Positions 13,555 to 25,050 of a stretch of 64,000 nt of DNA are shown here, one piece after another (position 1 is the stretch's first letter; every line of letters starts with the position of its first letter). The stretch spans positions 35,898,001 to 35,962,000 of the forward strand of contig NC_043004.1 in the NCBI RefSeq assembly GCF_006345805.1, given 5' to 3'. The position numbers were made by a program, and so were the translations under genes. The DNA is from Octopus sinensis. Its lineage: Eukaryota. Under the pieces are notes generated by a model. It was not told the origin of the DNA. It made no database searches and saw nothing but the letters and a program-made list of their open reading frames with translations.

Positions 13555-13965
13555 CCAAGGGGAGAAAGGACAGTAAATTTAGTTGCCCCCAGTACTTGAT
13601 TGGTACTTTAATCATCCATGAAAGACTGGAAGGCAAAGTAGACTTTGGCTAGACTTCAATTCAGACCCTACAGAAACAGAAGAATAACTGCAAGGTACCT
13701 GGTTCAATGCAGTAACAATTTTATCAATCACCCCATCAGATGATTATAAACATTGGTTTCAAAATTTAGCACAAGGCCAGCAAGTTTGGGGGAGGGTGAA
13801 AGGCAATTACTTCAACCCCAGTATGTAACTGGTACTTTTTTTATTGATCTTGAAAGGATAAAAGGCAAAGTTAGCCTTAATGGAATTTGAACTCAGAACA
13901 TAAAGATGCGGAGCCACTAAGTATTTTGCCCTGCATGCTAATAAGTCTGCCAGCTTGCAGCTGTA
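13555..13965 (-). mobile_element. Two tandem diverged family-B SINE copies
   Basis: Twice-repeated 'cccagta..tggtactt..gaaag..aaggcaaagt..ttcagac/ctcagaac' pattern. Confidence 0.7.
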
Positions 13966-14311
13966 GACGATAGTGAAATATTAACATTGTACAGTCACGG
14001 TTCCATTTGCCAAATATGAGTGATTTTACAAGACTGCATGGCAATATGTAAAAGAAGTCATTAGGTCTCTATTATTTCAGAATCAATTAAAAAAGGGTTC
14101 TTAGTTTCTTTTTGACAGGCCAAGATTTTGTAAAGGTCATTCTCAATGAATTCCACAGTTTGGAACCATTAAGTTATATATATGCTTCCTCTGAAACAAT
14201 TTTCATGATTCAGTTAGTTTAAATATTTGTTACTTTTTGATTTACGGACATGTACATGCATAGCAAGTGACCTGATCTGAGATCCTGTGCTGGAACGAAA
14301 ACAATTGCAGC

Positions 14312-14526
14312 ATGGAAGGTGTTTATAAGCCATTTAAGAAACACAAAAACTATTAGATTCACTTCAACATTTAAATTTAATTTGCCAAAATATTTTCGTT
14401 GTTTTGAGACCATGACCTGTTCCATGCTGCAGCATGGAATTTTGTCGGTGAACATTTAAATTTAAATGTTGAAGTGAATCTAATGGTTTTTGTGTGTTTC
14501 TTAAATGGCTTATAAACACCTTCCAT
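14312..14526. repeat. ~70-bp inverted repeat with internal palindromes (probable rearranged PLE terminal-repeat relic)
   Basis: 14312-14380 is the reverse complement of ~14456-14526. Spacer contains palindrome 'ttccatgctgcagcatggaa' (14420-14439). Confidence 0.75.
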
Positions 14527-15410
14527 TACCTTTTGATTGCTATGTGTCATTCATCATTTAATTTAACATCACTCCCAATCCCTTGGATACCTTCAGCAGA
14601 ATCCACTGTTTTATCCCCCAGTTTATCACCTCCTCCAGTATCAGAACAGCATCCTTCAACTAATCATGGAGGACCTGAGAAAGGTTTTAATGGTGTCCTT
14701 CTTCTGGTGACTAAAGTCAAAACATTAAAATATCAAAATCAAATTCTGTAAGTTTGATATAAACTGACAGCAATCAAAAATGTATTTGGTGAAAAAGAAA
14801 TTCTTAGTGATGGGAATAATTGTTCTGAAGATTTTTTTGTCATCAAGTGAAGCTTAGAGATTACACAGAAAAGGAATTATTAACTCATTTTTGGAAGCAC
14901 AACTACGATTTAAAAATAATAATGATTAAGCTTTAAATGACTTCTGGTTTCTCTGTAAATGCATCAATATAGAAGCAAATTCTAATTTCAGCAGCCCCAT
15001 AGGAGAAATTGTGTTACAAGGAAACAGATCACATGTTGCCCCATCTTAAACTATCAAGTAATAAACAACTGCATAGAGATGTCTAAGTGAGCTGGACCAC
15101 TAAAAACCAAGTGTTTGGCCAAGGACATGGCAGCACAAAATTAGCAACACAAACATCTATTGTTGTGCTACAAATGAATTGCTGACAGATTACAACCCTC
15201 TGTATTTTGGCCAGAAATCTGACGCTATATCGACAAGGCCTTCAGAGTGTCTGAATATTGTATTTTATTTGATAAATTAATTGATGAAATATATATGCAC
15301 CCCAATGGTTTATAACTCTATTCAGTTTGTTCTTATGGGAGAAAAGATGACAAATAGAAACAAGAAAGGAAATTGTAAAATTAATAAAAAGGTTTAAATA
15401 TTCTTTAAAA

Positions 15411-15616
15411 TGGCTTCAAATTTTGGCACAAGGCCAGCAATTTGGGGGGAGGGGACTAGTCTATTACATTGACCCCATTGCTCAATGAGTACTTTTTTAT
15501 CAACCCTGAAAGGTAAAATCAACCTCAGCAGAATTTGAACTCAGAATATAAAGACAGACGAAATGCCGCAAAGCATTTTGTCTGATGTGCTAACGATTCT
15601 GCCAGATCACCACTTC
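15411..15616 (-). mobile_element. Family-B SINE
   Basis: 'ttcaaattttggcacaaggccagcaatt...gaatttgaactcagaa...aacgattctgccagatcaccactt'. Confidence 0.85.
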
Positions 15617-15712
15617 ACACTCTTAAAATCGTAATACAATACATATCCCCATGTGTGTGTGCATGCATGCCAGTGTGTGCATGAGTGTGTGTGTGTGTGC
15701 ATGCATGCCAGT

Positions 15713-15747
<35 letters not shown>

Positions 15748-16165
15748 CATGTGTGTGTATGTGTGTGAATAAATAGTTTACAATAAAATGACACATTAAG
15801 CTGGATCACAATTCTCGATCCTCCTCAAATTTGTATAATGTTGAATTACTAATGTGCCTAGTTTGTGCTAACTTATGAAAGCAGGCATAACAACATGATG
15901 ATGGTGATGACGATGACTAATTAAAATTCTATATAATTAATTGGTATTTAATATGTATCTTATAGTTTCTTAGTAAATAGATGCTATGTGTGCTGCAATC
16001 ATTTTGATCTCTTGTGAATTTATAATCTACAAATCATTTTATTATTAATTCCAGCAGTATTCTTTCAAATCAAGTTAATGGAAGCAATAATAGTTTCAGG
16101 AAAGTCTTTTGTTTTGAGACGATAAGAAGTAGATAAGAAAATGTTTATTAATATTTATAATCATT

Positions 16166-16372
16166 CAAAGGCGACAATCTGGCAGAATTGGTACCATACC
16201 GGACAAAATACCGAGCAGCATTTCTTCTAACTTTGCATTCTCAATTGAAATGCTGCTGAAGTTTACTTTCAGGGTCGATAAATAAAGTACCAGTTGAGCC
16301 CTGTGGTTGATCTAGTCAACCTTACTCCCCTACCACAAAATTGCTGGCCTTGTACTAAAATTTCAAACCAAT
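16166..16372 (+). mobile_element. Family-B SINE, diverged
   Basis: 'aaggcgacaatctggcagaatt...ggtcgataaataaagtaccag...ttgctggccttgtactaaaatttcaaacc'. Confidence 0.8.
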
Positions 16373-16395
16373 ATTTGCAATCATTTAGACACATT

Positions 16396-16830
16396 AGGCA
16401 CAGGCATGACTGTGTGGTTGAGGGGTTTACTTTCTAGCCACATAGATTCAGGTTCAGTCCCACTGTGCAGCACCTTGAGCAAGTTTTTTCTACTGTAGTC
16501 CCAGGACCAAACCAAAAACTCAAAGACTGGTGTATGTGTATGTGTATGAGTAAGTGTGTGTGTATGCTTGTATGTGTCGGTGTATGAGTATATGTGTGAG
16601 AGCAGTTGTGTCTGAGTGTGGTTCCTTGCACAAACTTAAGATAGGCAGGGTTGTTGTAGTGAATTCTCCTGTCAACAAATCATTCAGTCACTTCAAAGTT
16701 GCATAGAATTAGATCCTTTACATGAAAAACAGGTAAGGGTTAATTTTCAGGAAGGGAATTCAGTAGCAAAACAATGCTTCAAATGACATATTTGTCCAAT
16801 ACAGGCAAGAGTAGATGTAAAAATAAATGG
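16396..16830 (+). mobile_element. Family-A-headed SINE with degenerate RTE-like tail
   Basis: 'aggcacaggcatgactgtgtggttg...caggttcagtcccactg...caccttgagcaag', TG tract, then 'caggaagggaattcag'. Confidence 0.6.
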
Positions 16831-16913
16831 ATTATTTTAGAAAATTGCAGTTATAAAATGAAGAAAGACCAAAGTGTGTTGCATTTTAGAATTTAAATGA
16901 AAAACCTTCCTAA

Positions 16914-17100
16914 TTCATCATCATCATTTAACGTCTGTTTTCCTTGCTGGCATGAGTTGGCTGACCTGATAGCAGCTGGCAAGGCCAGGGAACACTGCGG
17001 GTTCCATTGACTGTTTTGGCTTGGATTCTACAGCTGGATGCTCTTACTAAAACCAACCACTATACAGAGTGTACTGGGTGCTTTTCTGTGGTGCCAGCTT
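16914..17100 (-). mobile_element. RTE 3' terminus fragment
   Basis: (CAT)n + 'ttaacgtctgtttt..ctacagctggatgctctt..accaaccactatacagagtgtactgggtgctttt'. Confidence 0.75.
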
Positions 17101-18321
17101 CAGTATCTATGTTAAGAAAACTCACAGAGACAATAAGCCAACAAAGGAGACTCTATGTGGTCTCTCGATCTGCTAGAAATAGCAGCTAAATCACTTCCAA
17201 ATCATACCCCACTATCTAAGATAATGTAGTTAGTTGTAAGTATACTCCCCAAAAGATAGGATCATTACAGATGTAATATCTTTAAGTGTAGTCCATGTTG
17301 ATCAATAGAACTTGAGGCTTAACATCAACAACACAAGGCAGCTGTATCCCAGAAAGAGTTATATATTCAGTGTCTAATTAAAGTATTTGATTAAAATCTC
17401 TGCTTCTCGTTTAATGTCATGTCTTTAATATCAATTGATATTTTAATTTAATTTCAACCCTGCATGCCACAGTGGAATGACTTTATATCATAAATCAAAA
17501 GTTGATTCATCTTTGTACCATAGTTCACTTAATTCTTCATAGAATTGTTTGCCATATCTTACCATGTAACCTCTTCATGCTTCCATAGAGGCTTGATCAA
17601 TTTTCCTAAAGCAGTGCAGTTGTTATGGAGGTTGACCAAGCAGAGATTTAGGAACTACTTCACATATCTAAACTAACTTTATGCTTTAGTCAGGCCTGAG
17701 ACAAAGATTCTTCTTTAACCATGCACTGCTTTTAACAATTCTATTACAAGACAGCCACGGTATGTTACAACTGTTTTGACACAAAATTTTCTTTCTTTTC
17801 CATCAAACTGCAGAAGCTAGTGTTCCTCCAGTTTCCACTGTTCATTGTTAATTTAGTTAAATATTTAAAACCATAGAAAAAAGATAATGAAAACCATTCT
17901 TGCCCAAATTATCCAAATTTGTTGTAAGAATATAGTTTAATAACTTAGGTCATGTGTGATTTCCATTTTACTAATGAATGAAGTCAAGAGGCAAAGAGAT
18001 ACATTATTTACTTTGCCATTGTTGTTGTTGTTCCAATTGATACAACTTCCTGTTGGTTTCCTTCTTAAGAATTTGCAAATATCTTATTCCATTATAATGT
18101 CTGCCTCCTTGAAAACCAGATATAGTTAAACCTGATGCAGTAGAAAGTTGGAAGATTTTACATGACCACTCTAGTCTAAGTGGTTACCATTGTATGGAGA
18201 AATGCATCAAACAGAAATCGTTGCCGCTAAAGATTGCAGGTAAAAATTGTCTTGTTTTATCTCGTCATATTTCAAAATGTAGGCAAATTTACTCCTTTAC
18301 ATAGTTCTCATCTCAGATACC

Positions 18322-18559
18322 TATTTCTTTACTACCCACAAGGGGCTAAACACAGAGGGGACAGACAAGGACAGACAAACGGATTAGGTCGATTATATCT
18401 ACTCCAGTGCATAACTGGTACTTATTTAATCGACCCCGAAAGGATGAAAGGCAAAGTTGACCTCGGCAGAATTTGAACTCAGAACGTAGTGGCAGACAAA
18501 ATACTGCAAAGCATTTTGCCCAGCGTGCTAATGTTTCTGCCAGCTCGCCACCTTGCCAG
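18322..18559 (-). mobile_element. Family-B SINE, full length, with 15-bp target-site duplication
   Basis: TSD 'ctcatctcagatacc' at 18307-18321 and 18560-18574. Body is very similar to the copy at 63092-63274. Confidence 0.92.
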
Positions 18560-20049
18560 CTCATCTCAGATACCAATATTCAAAAACACAGACAGATTCA
18601 CAGCATGTTATTAGTTTATAAAAGTTTTTTTTATTTGACTTATCAAAATCTGAAACAATGCTTTTACTTGGTATCCTACGCTCCTTTTTATAAATGCTCT
18701 GGCACCTTTTATTAACCTTTAATGAGATTAATAAAGTTTATAAATAAAAATAACTTTTTGACATAGTAACCTGTATTTTCATAAAATTTCTCTGATTTAA
18801 TCCAGTAAAGCAATTTTAATGTTATTTCATTATGACAATTTGAATACACACTTTACCAACACAACAGTCTTGGAGTATAATAAGTATTAGAAAATTTTAT
18901 GCTTATATGAAATTAAAATTATTTGAAACCTGGTTTATTGAAAGTAGTAACCTGACCTTTTATGAAGTGAACAGTAAAAATAAGCTTTTGAAATAATAAA
19001 CTGAGGTGAAAATTTTAAAAATATTGCTTTCTATGTATGATGATAACAATTTAATTTAGTAGAGATTCCTAAGAGAACAGAGGAAATGCCTTCTTTTGCT
19101 GGTCTGTTGTAATATTGAAGCCATAACTGTGTGAGTAATCAATAGATCTTTCTATTAATTATATATCTGATATATTATTGGCATATGATTCATTGGTGCT
19201 TTTCCCTGTTGCTTAAGAAAATATATAATTACAGCCGATAACCCATGTGAACTTGAGAGTAATCTAGAAACTTCTTAGATTTAAACTGGTCTTTATAACC
19301 TGGTTCTAGCAACAGAAAAAGAAAGGAAATCAAAAAGTAAAACTGAGCTGGAAAAGTACTTGCTGTATTATAATTTAATTTGTAAAAAGTAAGAATATAT
19401 ACAAAATCCTGAAATAATTCTGGTGAAGGCATGTAACCTAGTGGTTAAGGTGTTGTATTCACAATTGTTAGACCATGGTTTCAATTCACAGATAGAGTGG
19501 CATGTGTTCTTGAGCAAAACACTTCATTTCAAATTTCTCTGTATGTCATAAAAAGTGAGGTAGGATTTGTACTCCAACCTCATAAAACTCTCACTGCCCA
19601 AAAAAACCCATGGGTTGGAGGGTTTTTGTCTTAGTGGTAGAGAGATATTATCTGCCAAGGGTTGAAGAGAATCACCAAATGGTGGATGCAGCAATGGACT
19701 GTTACAACACATACCCCATACTACTATATTAAAACTGCTGAAGAAACTAGTATACAAATGAATATATCTATTTCCATAAAATCTATAAAATGCCATTCCA
19801 CCTTAAAAACTAAATAAAAGAAACATGCTCAAACACAAAATAGAAAACCATGTCCCTTTTGATGAAGAATTAAAATTTTCCATTTAATTTTATCAAAGTT
19901 TACTACAATTGAGCAAAATAAAAAATGAGAAATTTAATTCAGAGTAAAGACTGAAATACTGTAAGAGAAAGTTGAAAAAGGATTATCAAATTTTGCTGGA
20001 TTAAACTTCATATATGACCATATATGGTTATCATTTCCAGTGAGCTCAG

Positions 20050-20700
20050 TGTCTGCTGTGCCCCTTTTGGTTGCCAATGTCATGGCCATTATGACATCCA
20101 TGAAAGCCTAGCTAACTAGATACCATGTACTCTCATTAGTTTAAGGACCTCTTGACTATTTCCCCACTAATTCTAGCATTATATTCATGGCCACCACAAA
20201 TAGGACCAAAGAAATTGTGCATCCTACAAAAGTGCCCTTTTCCAGTTTCTGCCATTTAGAGGTGACATTCCCCACAATGAACTTCATGTCCAGCAAATCA
20301 ATGTCTGACATTAGGAGTCTGACTACTTCTGTTGGGACTTGATAAGGTTTCGAATGCACTTTGGAGTAGCTGGTTGGGCATGCTTGGGTACAGTTTGGCA
20401 AGATACAACCATACAAGAAAAAGTCTCTTCTTCCGCTTTGTCTCAGTGACGTAACTGTCTGCTGGTGTATGTTTGAAGCATCCAGAGTGGCCTGAGACCC
20501 CTGCTTCCCTTTTTACTCTCAGATTGATGCACTCATTGGCCAGCAGATATGATATTAGCATTTTGCCAATGATGGCCCAAAAGATCTTTTCCTCAATGTC
20601 TAAGAGAAAGATCTCTTGAAACTGTTTAAATTCTGCTGAGTTTTCTTCTTTTGGGACAAAACAGTCCTCAGTAAGGGTCCAGAATCAGGGTTCCTGCTCT
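20050..20700 (-). mobile_element. Degenerate RT fragment of a Hero/NeSL-like RLE LINE
   Basis: 'REAGVSGHSGCFKHT', 'LFLVWLYLAKLYPSMPNQLL', 'KWQKLEKGTFVGCTISLVLFVVAMN'. Resembles Hero-type RT motifs (GFSGCLEH; WLDLANAYGSVPH; GCTISxxLF). Confidence 0.75.
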
Positions 20701-21099
20701 GAAGAATTTAGTAAATTGATTTTATCATTATGAAACTTTTAAAATGGTTAAGTTATGATCTATGTATGCACATGCATGTCTATATGTGTTCATGTGTTCG
20801 TGTGTAAGTGTATATATGTATGTATGTATGTGTGCATGTGTACGTATATATAGCAAATGGAAAACACCAAGAAATTCATCACAGCTATAAATGATTTGCC
20901 ACCTGTATCAGCCTCATTATAAAGACCTGGGTCCTCCAATCTGAATCTTGCTTGCTCTTCCTTCAGAATGTCAGGAATGATAGATTCATCTTAAAGCTAC
21001 TCTCTAGAGTTTATGTGCAAATAGAGATGGCTGTGTTTTATTGGTTTTTGGTGACTGAAAAGCCAAAATGGGGAAAATATACACCAAACGTGAAGTGAT

Positions 21100-21480
21100 A
21101 TTCAAGAAGCTTCACAAGAAACCTGAAATAATGTGTGAAAGTAAAGAAGAACTAGGTGGAAAAGATGGATCACAGAAGAAATATAGGATGAAAATTATAG
21201 ATAAAGTATAGGACAGGATATAGAAAACAAGATAATGAAACTCCAAAGTCAAATGGTAATTACGATCAGAGATTAGCTATTTTAAGAAGCAGATATGTAA
21301 GCTTTATGAGTAAAGTAAGACAGCTCAGTAAACAAGATAATAAGTTGTACTTGAATGACATTGCAGATAAGAATGAAACTCAACGTATAGATGAGAGTGG
21401 AATATCTGATTAGCTTATCAATGATAGAAATTTCTAGCATGACCAAGAAGAACTGAGAGCTGTCAATTAGGAATATACAG
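21100..21480 (+). mobile_element. Degenerate RTE EN-RT linker fragment
   Basis: 'KRWITEEI', 'SKVRQLSKQDNKLYLNDIADKNE' resemble the RTE linker region; multiple stops. Confidence 0.45.
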
Positions 21481-21692
21481 GGAAAATTATTAACTAAGTA
21501 TACATACATGCACATATACAAAGATAGGGTTTAAGAAGTCTCATGTAAGTAATACTTGGCTTTCTGATCACTTATGTAACTAGATATTGAATTATCTAAA
21601 TAAGGAGTGTATATATATATATACAAGCGGATTATAAGTGGATAAAACAGTGTATTTGGCTTTAGAATAACCCTCTTTAGCCCTTAATTATA

Positions 21693-21738
<46 letters not shown>

Positions 21739-21770
21739 ATACAATAATATGTTACATTACTCGGTAGTCA

Positions 21771-21833
21771 AGATAAAACTCTGAGTTTCAGATGCCGAAG
21801 TGGAAATCCACAACACCATCTCTTCGGTTATCT
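21771..21833 (-). ncRNA. Variant minimal type-I hammerhead ribozyme (CCGAAGA core)
   Basis: Sense: agataa-CCGAAGA-gatg...catc-t-GAAAC-tcaga-GTT-ttatct. Stem I agataa/ttatct, stem II gatg/catc, palindromic stem III actc-a-gagt. Confidence 0.6.
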
Positions 21834-22015
21834 GGCTATTTGGAAACGCTATGAAAAAATACCGTTAAATAAAGGGAAATTACTGTGTTATAACTCTGCT
21901 TGCCTGCGTACTTATACATCACTCGCATTTTTCGTCATAAAAATTATATAAAAATACATGAAAAATATATAAAAATATATAAATTCTTCTTGGGACATAA
22001 CATAGAAAGCATGTT

Positions 22016-22429
22016 CTATCTGTTTTCTTTAGGGGACCAAAAACGTAACAGAAATTTAGTCACATGTGGGCATGATCCGAAAAGCTCTGTCCTTGTATTT
22101 AGACATGTAGTAGGGTCTAAGCTGCTTTTCCAGATAAGCCATCTCTCCATGTCGCATAGACTGCACCTTCCGCTGCCGTTGGTATAGGGCTTACATCTGG
22201 CCAAAATCTTCCATTGTATGTTATAATCGACACCTTTATCTCTTAAAGACCAAATATGATTAGATAATTGTGTCGCTTTTCTTTTGTTCCAGTGCCTAAA
22301 GCTCAAAGCGTGGTTATTGAACCTGGCCTTGAAATTACCCTCTGTAAGGCCCACGTATTTCTTCATCGAAACGGTGTCTTTAGTGGTTATAGAGTTTACG
22401 GTAGCTTCATATATGATGGTCTTGGACAT
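22016..22429 (-). pseudogene. PLE GIY-YIG endonuclease domain (C-terminal end of a truncated ORF)
   Basis: 'IIYEAT...KYVGLTEGNFKARFNNH..SF', 'LSNHIWSL', 'IQWKIL', 'RCSLCDMERWLI', 'LNTRTELFGSCPH'. No RT upstream. Confidence 0.88.
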
Positions 22430-22758
22430 GGTCTATGCGACATGGAGAGATGGCTTATCTGGAAAAGCAGCTTAGACCCTACTACATGTCTAAATACAAG
22501 GACAGAGCTTTTCGGATCATGCCCACATGTGACTAAATTTCTGTTACGTTTTTGGTCCCCTAAAGAAAACAGATAGAACATGCTTTCTATGTTATGTCCC
22601 AAGAAGAATTTATATATTTTTATATATTTTTTATGTATTTTTATATAATTTTTATGACGAAAAATGCGAGCGATGTATAAGTACGCAGGCAAGCAGAGTT
22701 ATAACACAGTAATTTCCCTTTATTTAACGGTATTTTTTCATAGCGTTTTCAAATAGCC

Positions 22759-22821
22759 AGATAACCGAAGAGATGGTGTTGTGGATTTCCACTTCGGCAT
22801 CTGAAATTCAGAGTTTTATCT
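22759..22821 (+). ncRNA. Second copy of the variant hammerhead (GAAAC>GAAAT)
   Basis: Inverted-arm copy 'agataaccgaagagatg...catctgaaattcagagttttatct'. Confidence 0.5.
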
Positions 22822-22920
22822 TGACTACCGAGTAATGTAACATATTATTGTATAGATAAATTTCCTCTATTTACATAATATTGAGGTCTCTTTCTTTCTT
22901 TTGTTATCTTACCGTTTTAT

Positions 22921-22959
<39 letters not shown>

Positions 22960-22961
<2 letters not shown>

Positions 22962-23410
22962 TATCAAGTTAGAGAAGTTTAATACCTCTAAGAGATAATT
23001 AAATCCAAAGTCGCTCCTGGCTGTTAGCTGGGTAGGTACAGTCTTTTGTAAGATTGTATGGTAGCAAGTGGTTCGTTTGGTAAACCGGGGTTTAGGTTAT
23101 ATAAGAGAAGAAAATGGATATAATAACAATGGAAGACTCATGGATTACGCTGGCATGTCTTTAATTAAATAGGTAACAAAAAAGTAAGAAGCAGAGATGA
23201 GGGTGGCATTTACAATCGTTTCGATTTGCTGCAGTAAGTGAATCTCTTCAGAATGCGAGTATAGATAGATGCATCGGTTAGGATGCGAAAATGATTGATA
23301 CATATGTGACGGTAATGTAAATGTAACAAAATTTCGATGTAAGAATTACCACTGATTCCTTTTATGCAGTTTTTCTCTTTACTGATCTTTGCCTCAGTAT
23401 TTATACACAC
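22960..23410 (-). mobile_element. Solo PLE-type terminal-repeat fragment abutting (AT)n
   Basis: Its minus-strand end runs into the (AT)n tract at 22923-22959, and it carries a hammerhead at 23206-23256. The upstream boundary is uncertain. Confidence 0.55.
23206..23256 (-). ncRNA. Minimal type-I hammerhead ribozyme
   Basis: Sense: gcatt-CTGAAGA-gatt-cacttactgcagca-aatc-GAAAC-gatt-GTA-aatgc. Complete core, 5-bp stem I, 4-bp stem II, 2-bp stem III with near-palindromic loop, GUA cleavage triplet. Confidence 0.82.
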
Positions 23411-23659
23411 TAAAATTACACATCCAGCAGATTATGCTCCCTTCTTAGCTTCCAATCTTGTTACTTGGCAACATTCGCCTCTATAATGTATCATAAAAAC
23501 AATCCTTAGTTTGACAACAGAATCTATTTGAAGTGATGACTTTCTGAACTTTTTCCACTCTGTTCTTATTGTAGCTACTATAGGTACATGCATGCATACG
23601 TAGATCCATGCATACAAACAGGAGTACTAATGGCAATGTATGCCACCAATATCCTCTAA

Positions 23660-23848
23660 AATTAGTTTCAGATTTTTAGCCCAAGGCCAGCAATTTTGGG
23701 GAATTAGGTAAATTGATTTTTGTATTGATCCCAAAAGGATGAAAGGTTAAGTCAACTTTGGCAGAATTTGAAATCAGAGTCTAAAGACATGAAATACTGC
23801 CAAGCATTTTATCTGGCATGCTAACAGTTTTTCCTGCCCACCACCCTG
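23660..23848 (-). mobile_element. Family-B SINE, diverged
   Basis: 'caaggccagcaatttt...aaggatgaaaggttaagtcaactttggcagaatttgaa...cctgcccaccaccc'. Confidence 0.75.
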
Positions 23849-23867
23849 TAATAGTGTAATAAATAAA

Positions 23868-24260
23868 TCTCTATATATATAAAGTTGAAGTTGTCTGTGT
23901 ATGGCAGGTTTGGTAGCCTTCAACTAACACTATCTCCTCCGAGACCATGCAGCGCAAGTTGACCAAAATTAAGAGTATAATAGAAGAAGGCTTGCTCTTT
24001 CTTCCATAGAAGAAAAAATTCAAATCGGACCATGTTAACACCAAAAACTATTTACATCAAAAAGGTGCTTTTTTTCTATGAAAATCCCTATTTTTTATGA
24101 TTTTTTTTACTGCTGTGTCGCCATTTTTCGGTGTATTTCAACCAGAAAAATGTTCACTTAAAGAGAATAACAAGCTACATAATGCATAATTTTTACTTTT
24201 CAAACATTCCAATTCTAATGAGTCGAAACAAACCCGAACAATACCGGGCGATACTGCTAG
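23868..24260 (+). mobile_element. Non-autonomous Helitron (~393 bp)
   Basis: Begins a|TCtctatatatataa and ends 'cccgaacaataccgggcgatactgCTAG|t'. It has 5' TC, 3' CTAG, a subterminal cccg/cggg hairpin ~12 nt before the end, and insertion between A and T with no TSD. Confidence 0.82.
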
Positions 24261-24399
24261 TATATGTTATAACTATGTAATGCCTCTGACTGATATCCAA
24301 AATTTTGATATTATTAATAATCTTATTTTCCAAAATATTTTATAGAAACTATCATTTTTATATTTTACAGAATATTGCCTTGTATCAAATATGGAGACA

Positions 24400-24865
24400 T
24401 GTGCCATTGCAGTGTTGCCACATCGACTGTTTGTTGGTATTTACTCATGTTGACCCAGGTAACCTTCCAAGCAGTGTCCCAAGCAGACCCCCCATCTCTG
24501 TGAGTTACTTCCTCATTTGCCTTGACCATGTGGCATGTGGTTGACCAACTTGAAATTTCACCCCAACAAGATCCTCAGTGAAGAGAATACAATATGCAAG
24601 ACCTAACTCAGAAAATTGACGAAAAAATCAAGGCACAACATGGCCAAATTAGTCTGAGCTGATGCTCCTGACTCAGACAAATAATAGAACACACCCCAGT
24701 TTCTGAGTAGAGTTGTTGGTTGGATACAAAATTCGACCAATCATAACCCATAATCCTGTGAAGTGTCCTGATACCAAAGGAGTTTAGATGGCTGCTACAG
24801 GCCCTGGACAATGTCCAAGTCTCACCACTCTAGAGCAAGATAGGGAAGACCAGAGATCTGAATTC
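24400..24865 (-). mobile_element. Degenerate RTE-like LINE C-terminal fragment
   Basis: 'RSLVFPILL*SGETWTLSRACSSHLNSFGIRTLHRIMGYDWSNFVSNQQLYSETG...QLRL'. Confidence 0.75.
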
Positions 24866-25050
24866 CCATGTGTGTGTGTGTGTGTGTGCATGTGTTAGTG
24901 TCTCGTTGCCTTGACATCACACATCATATTTATAAATGTGTGACTGGTATGCAAGCGGTGCATTCTAATCTCCATTGAAAATATGTCTAACCTTAAGGAA
25001 ATGTTAACTTATCTGTAAAGAGGTGAGGATTAACAACAGGAAAAGTATGG

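Larger units (their letters stand above)
21734..22922 (-). mobile_element. 5'-truncated Penelope-like element with inverted pseudo-LTR (428-bp arms 21734-22161 and 22431-22858), inserted in (AT)n
   Basis: Arms are reverse complements with about 4 mismatches by eye. The element contains a GIY-YIG ORF, both flanks are (AT)n, and each arm carries a hammerhead-like motif. Confidence 0.92.

Noticed and set aside
14494-14751. 85-aa Pro/Ser-rich ORF with a short open antisense frame
   Set aside because: Starts within a repeat, no recognisable motif, no convincing splice-site pair.
22268-22576. Plus-strand 102-aa ORF sharing the GIY-YIG C-terminus
   Set aside because: Chimera of antisense spacer and the inverted arm.
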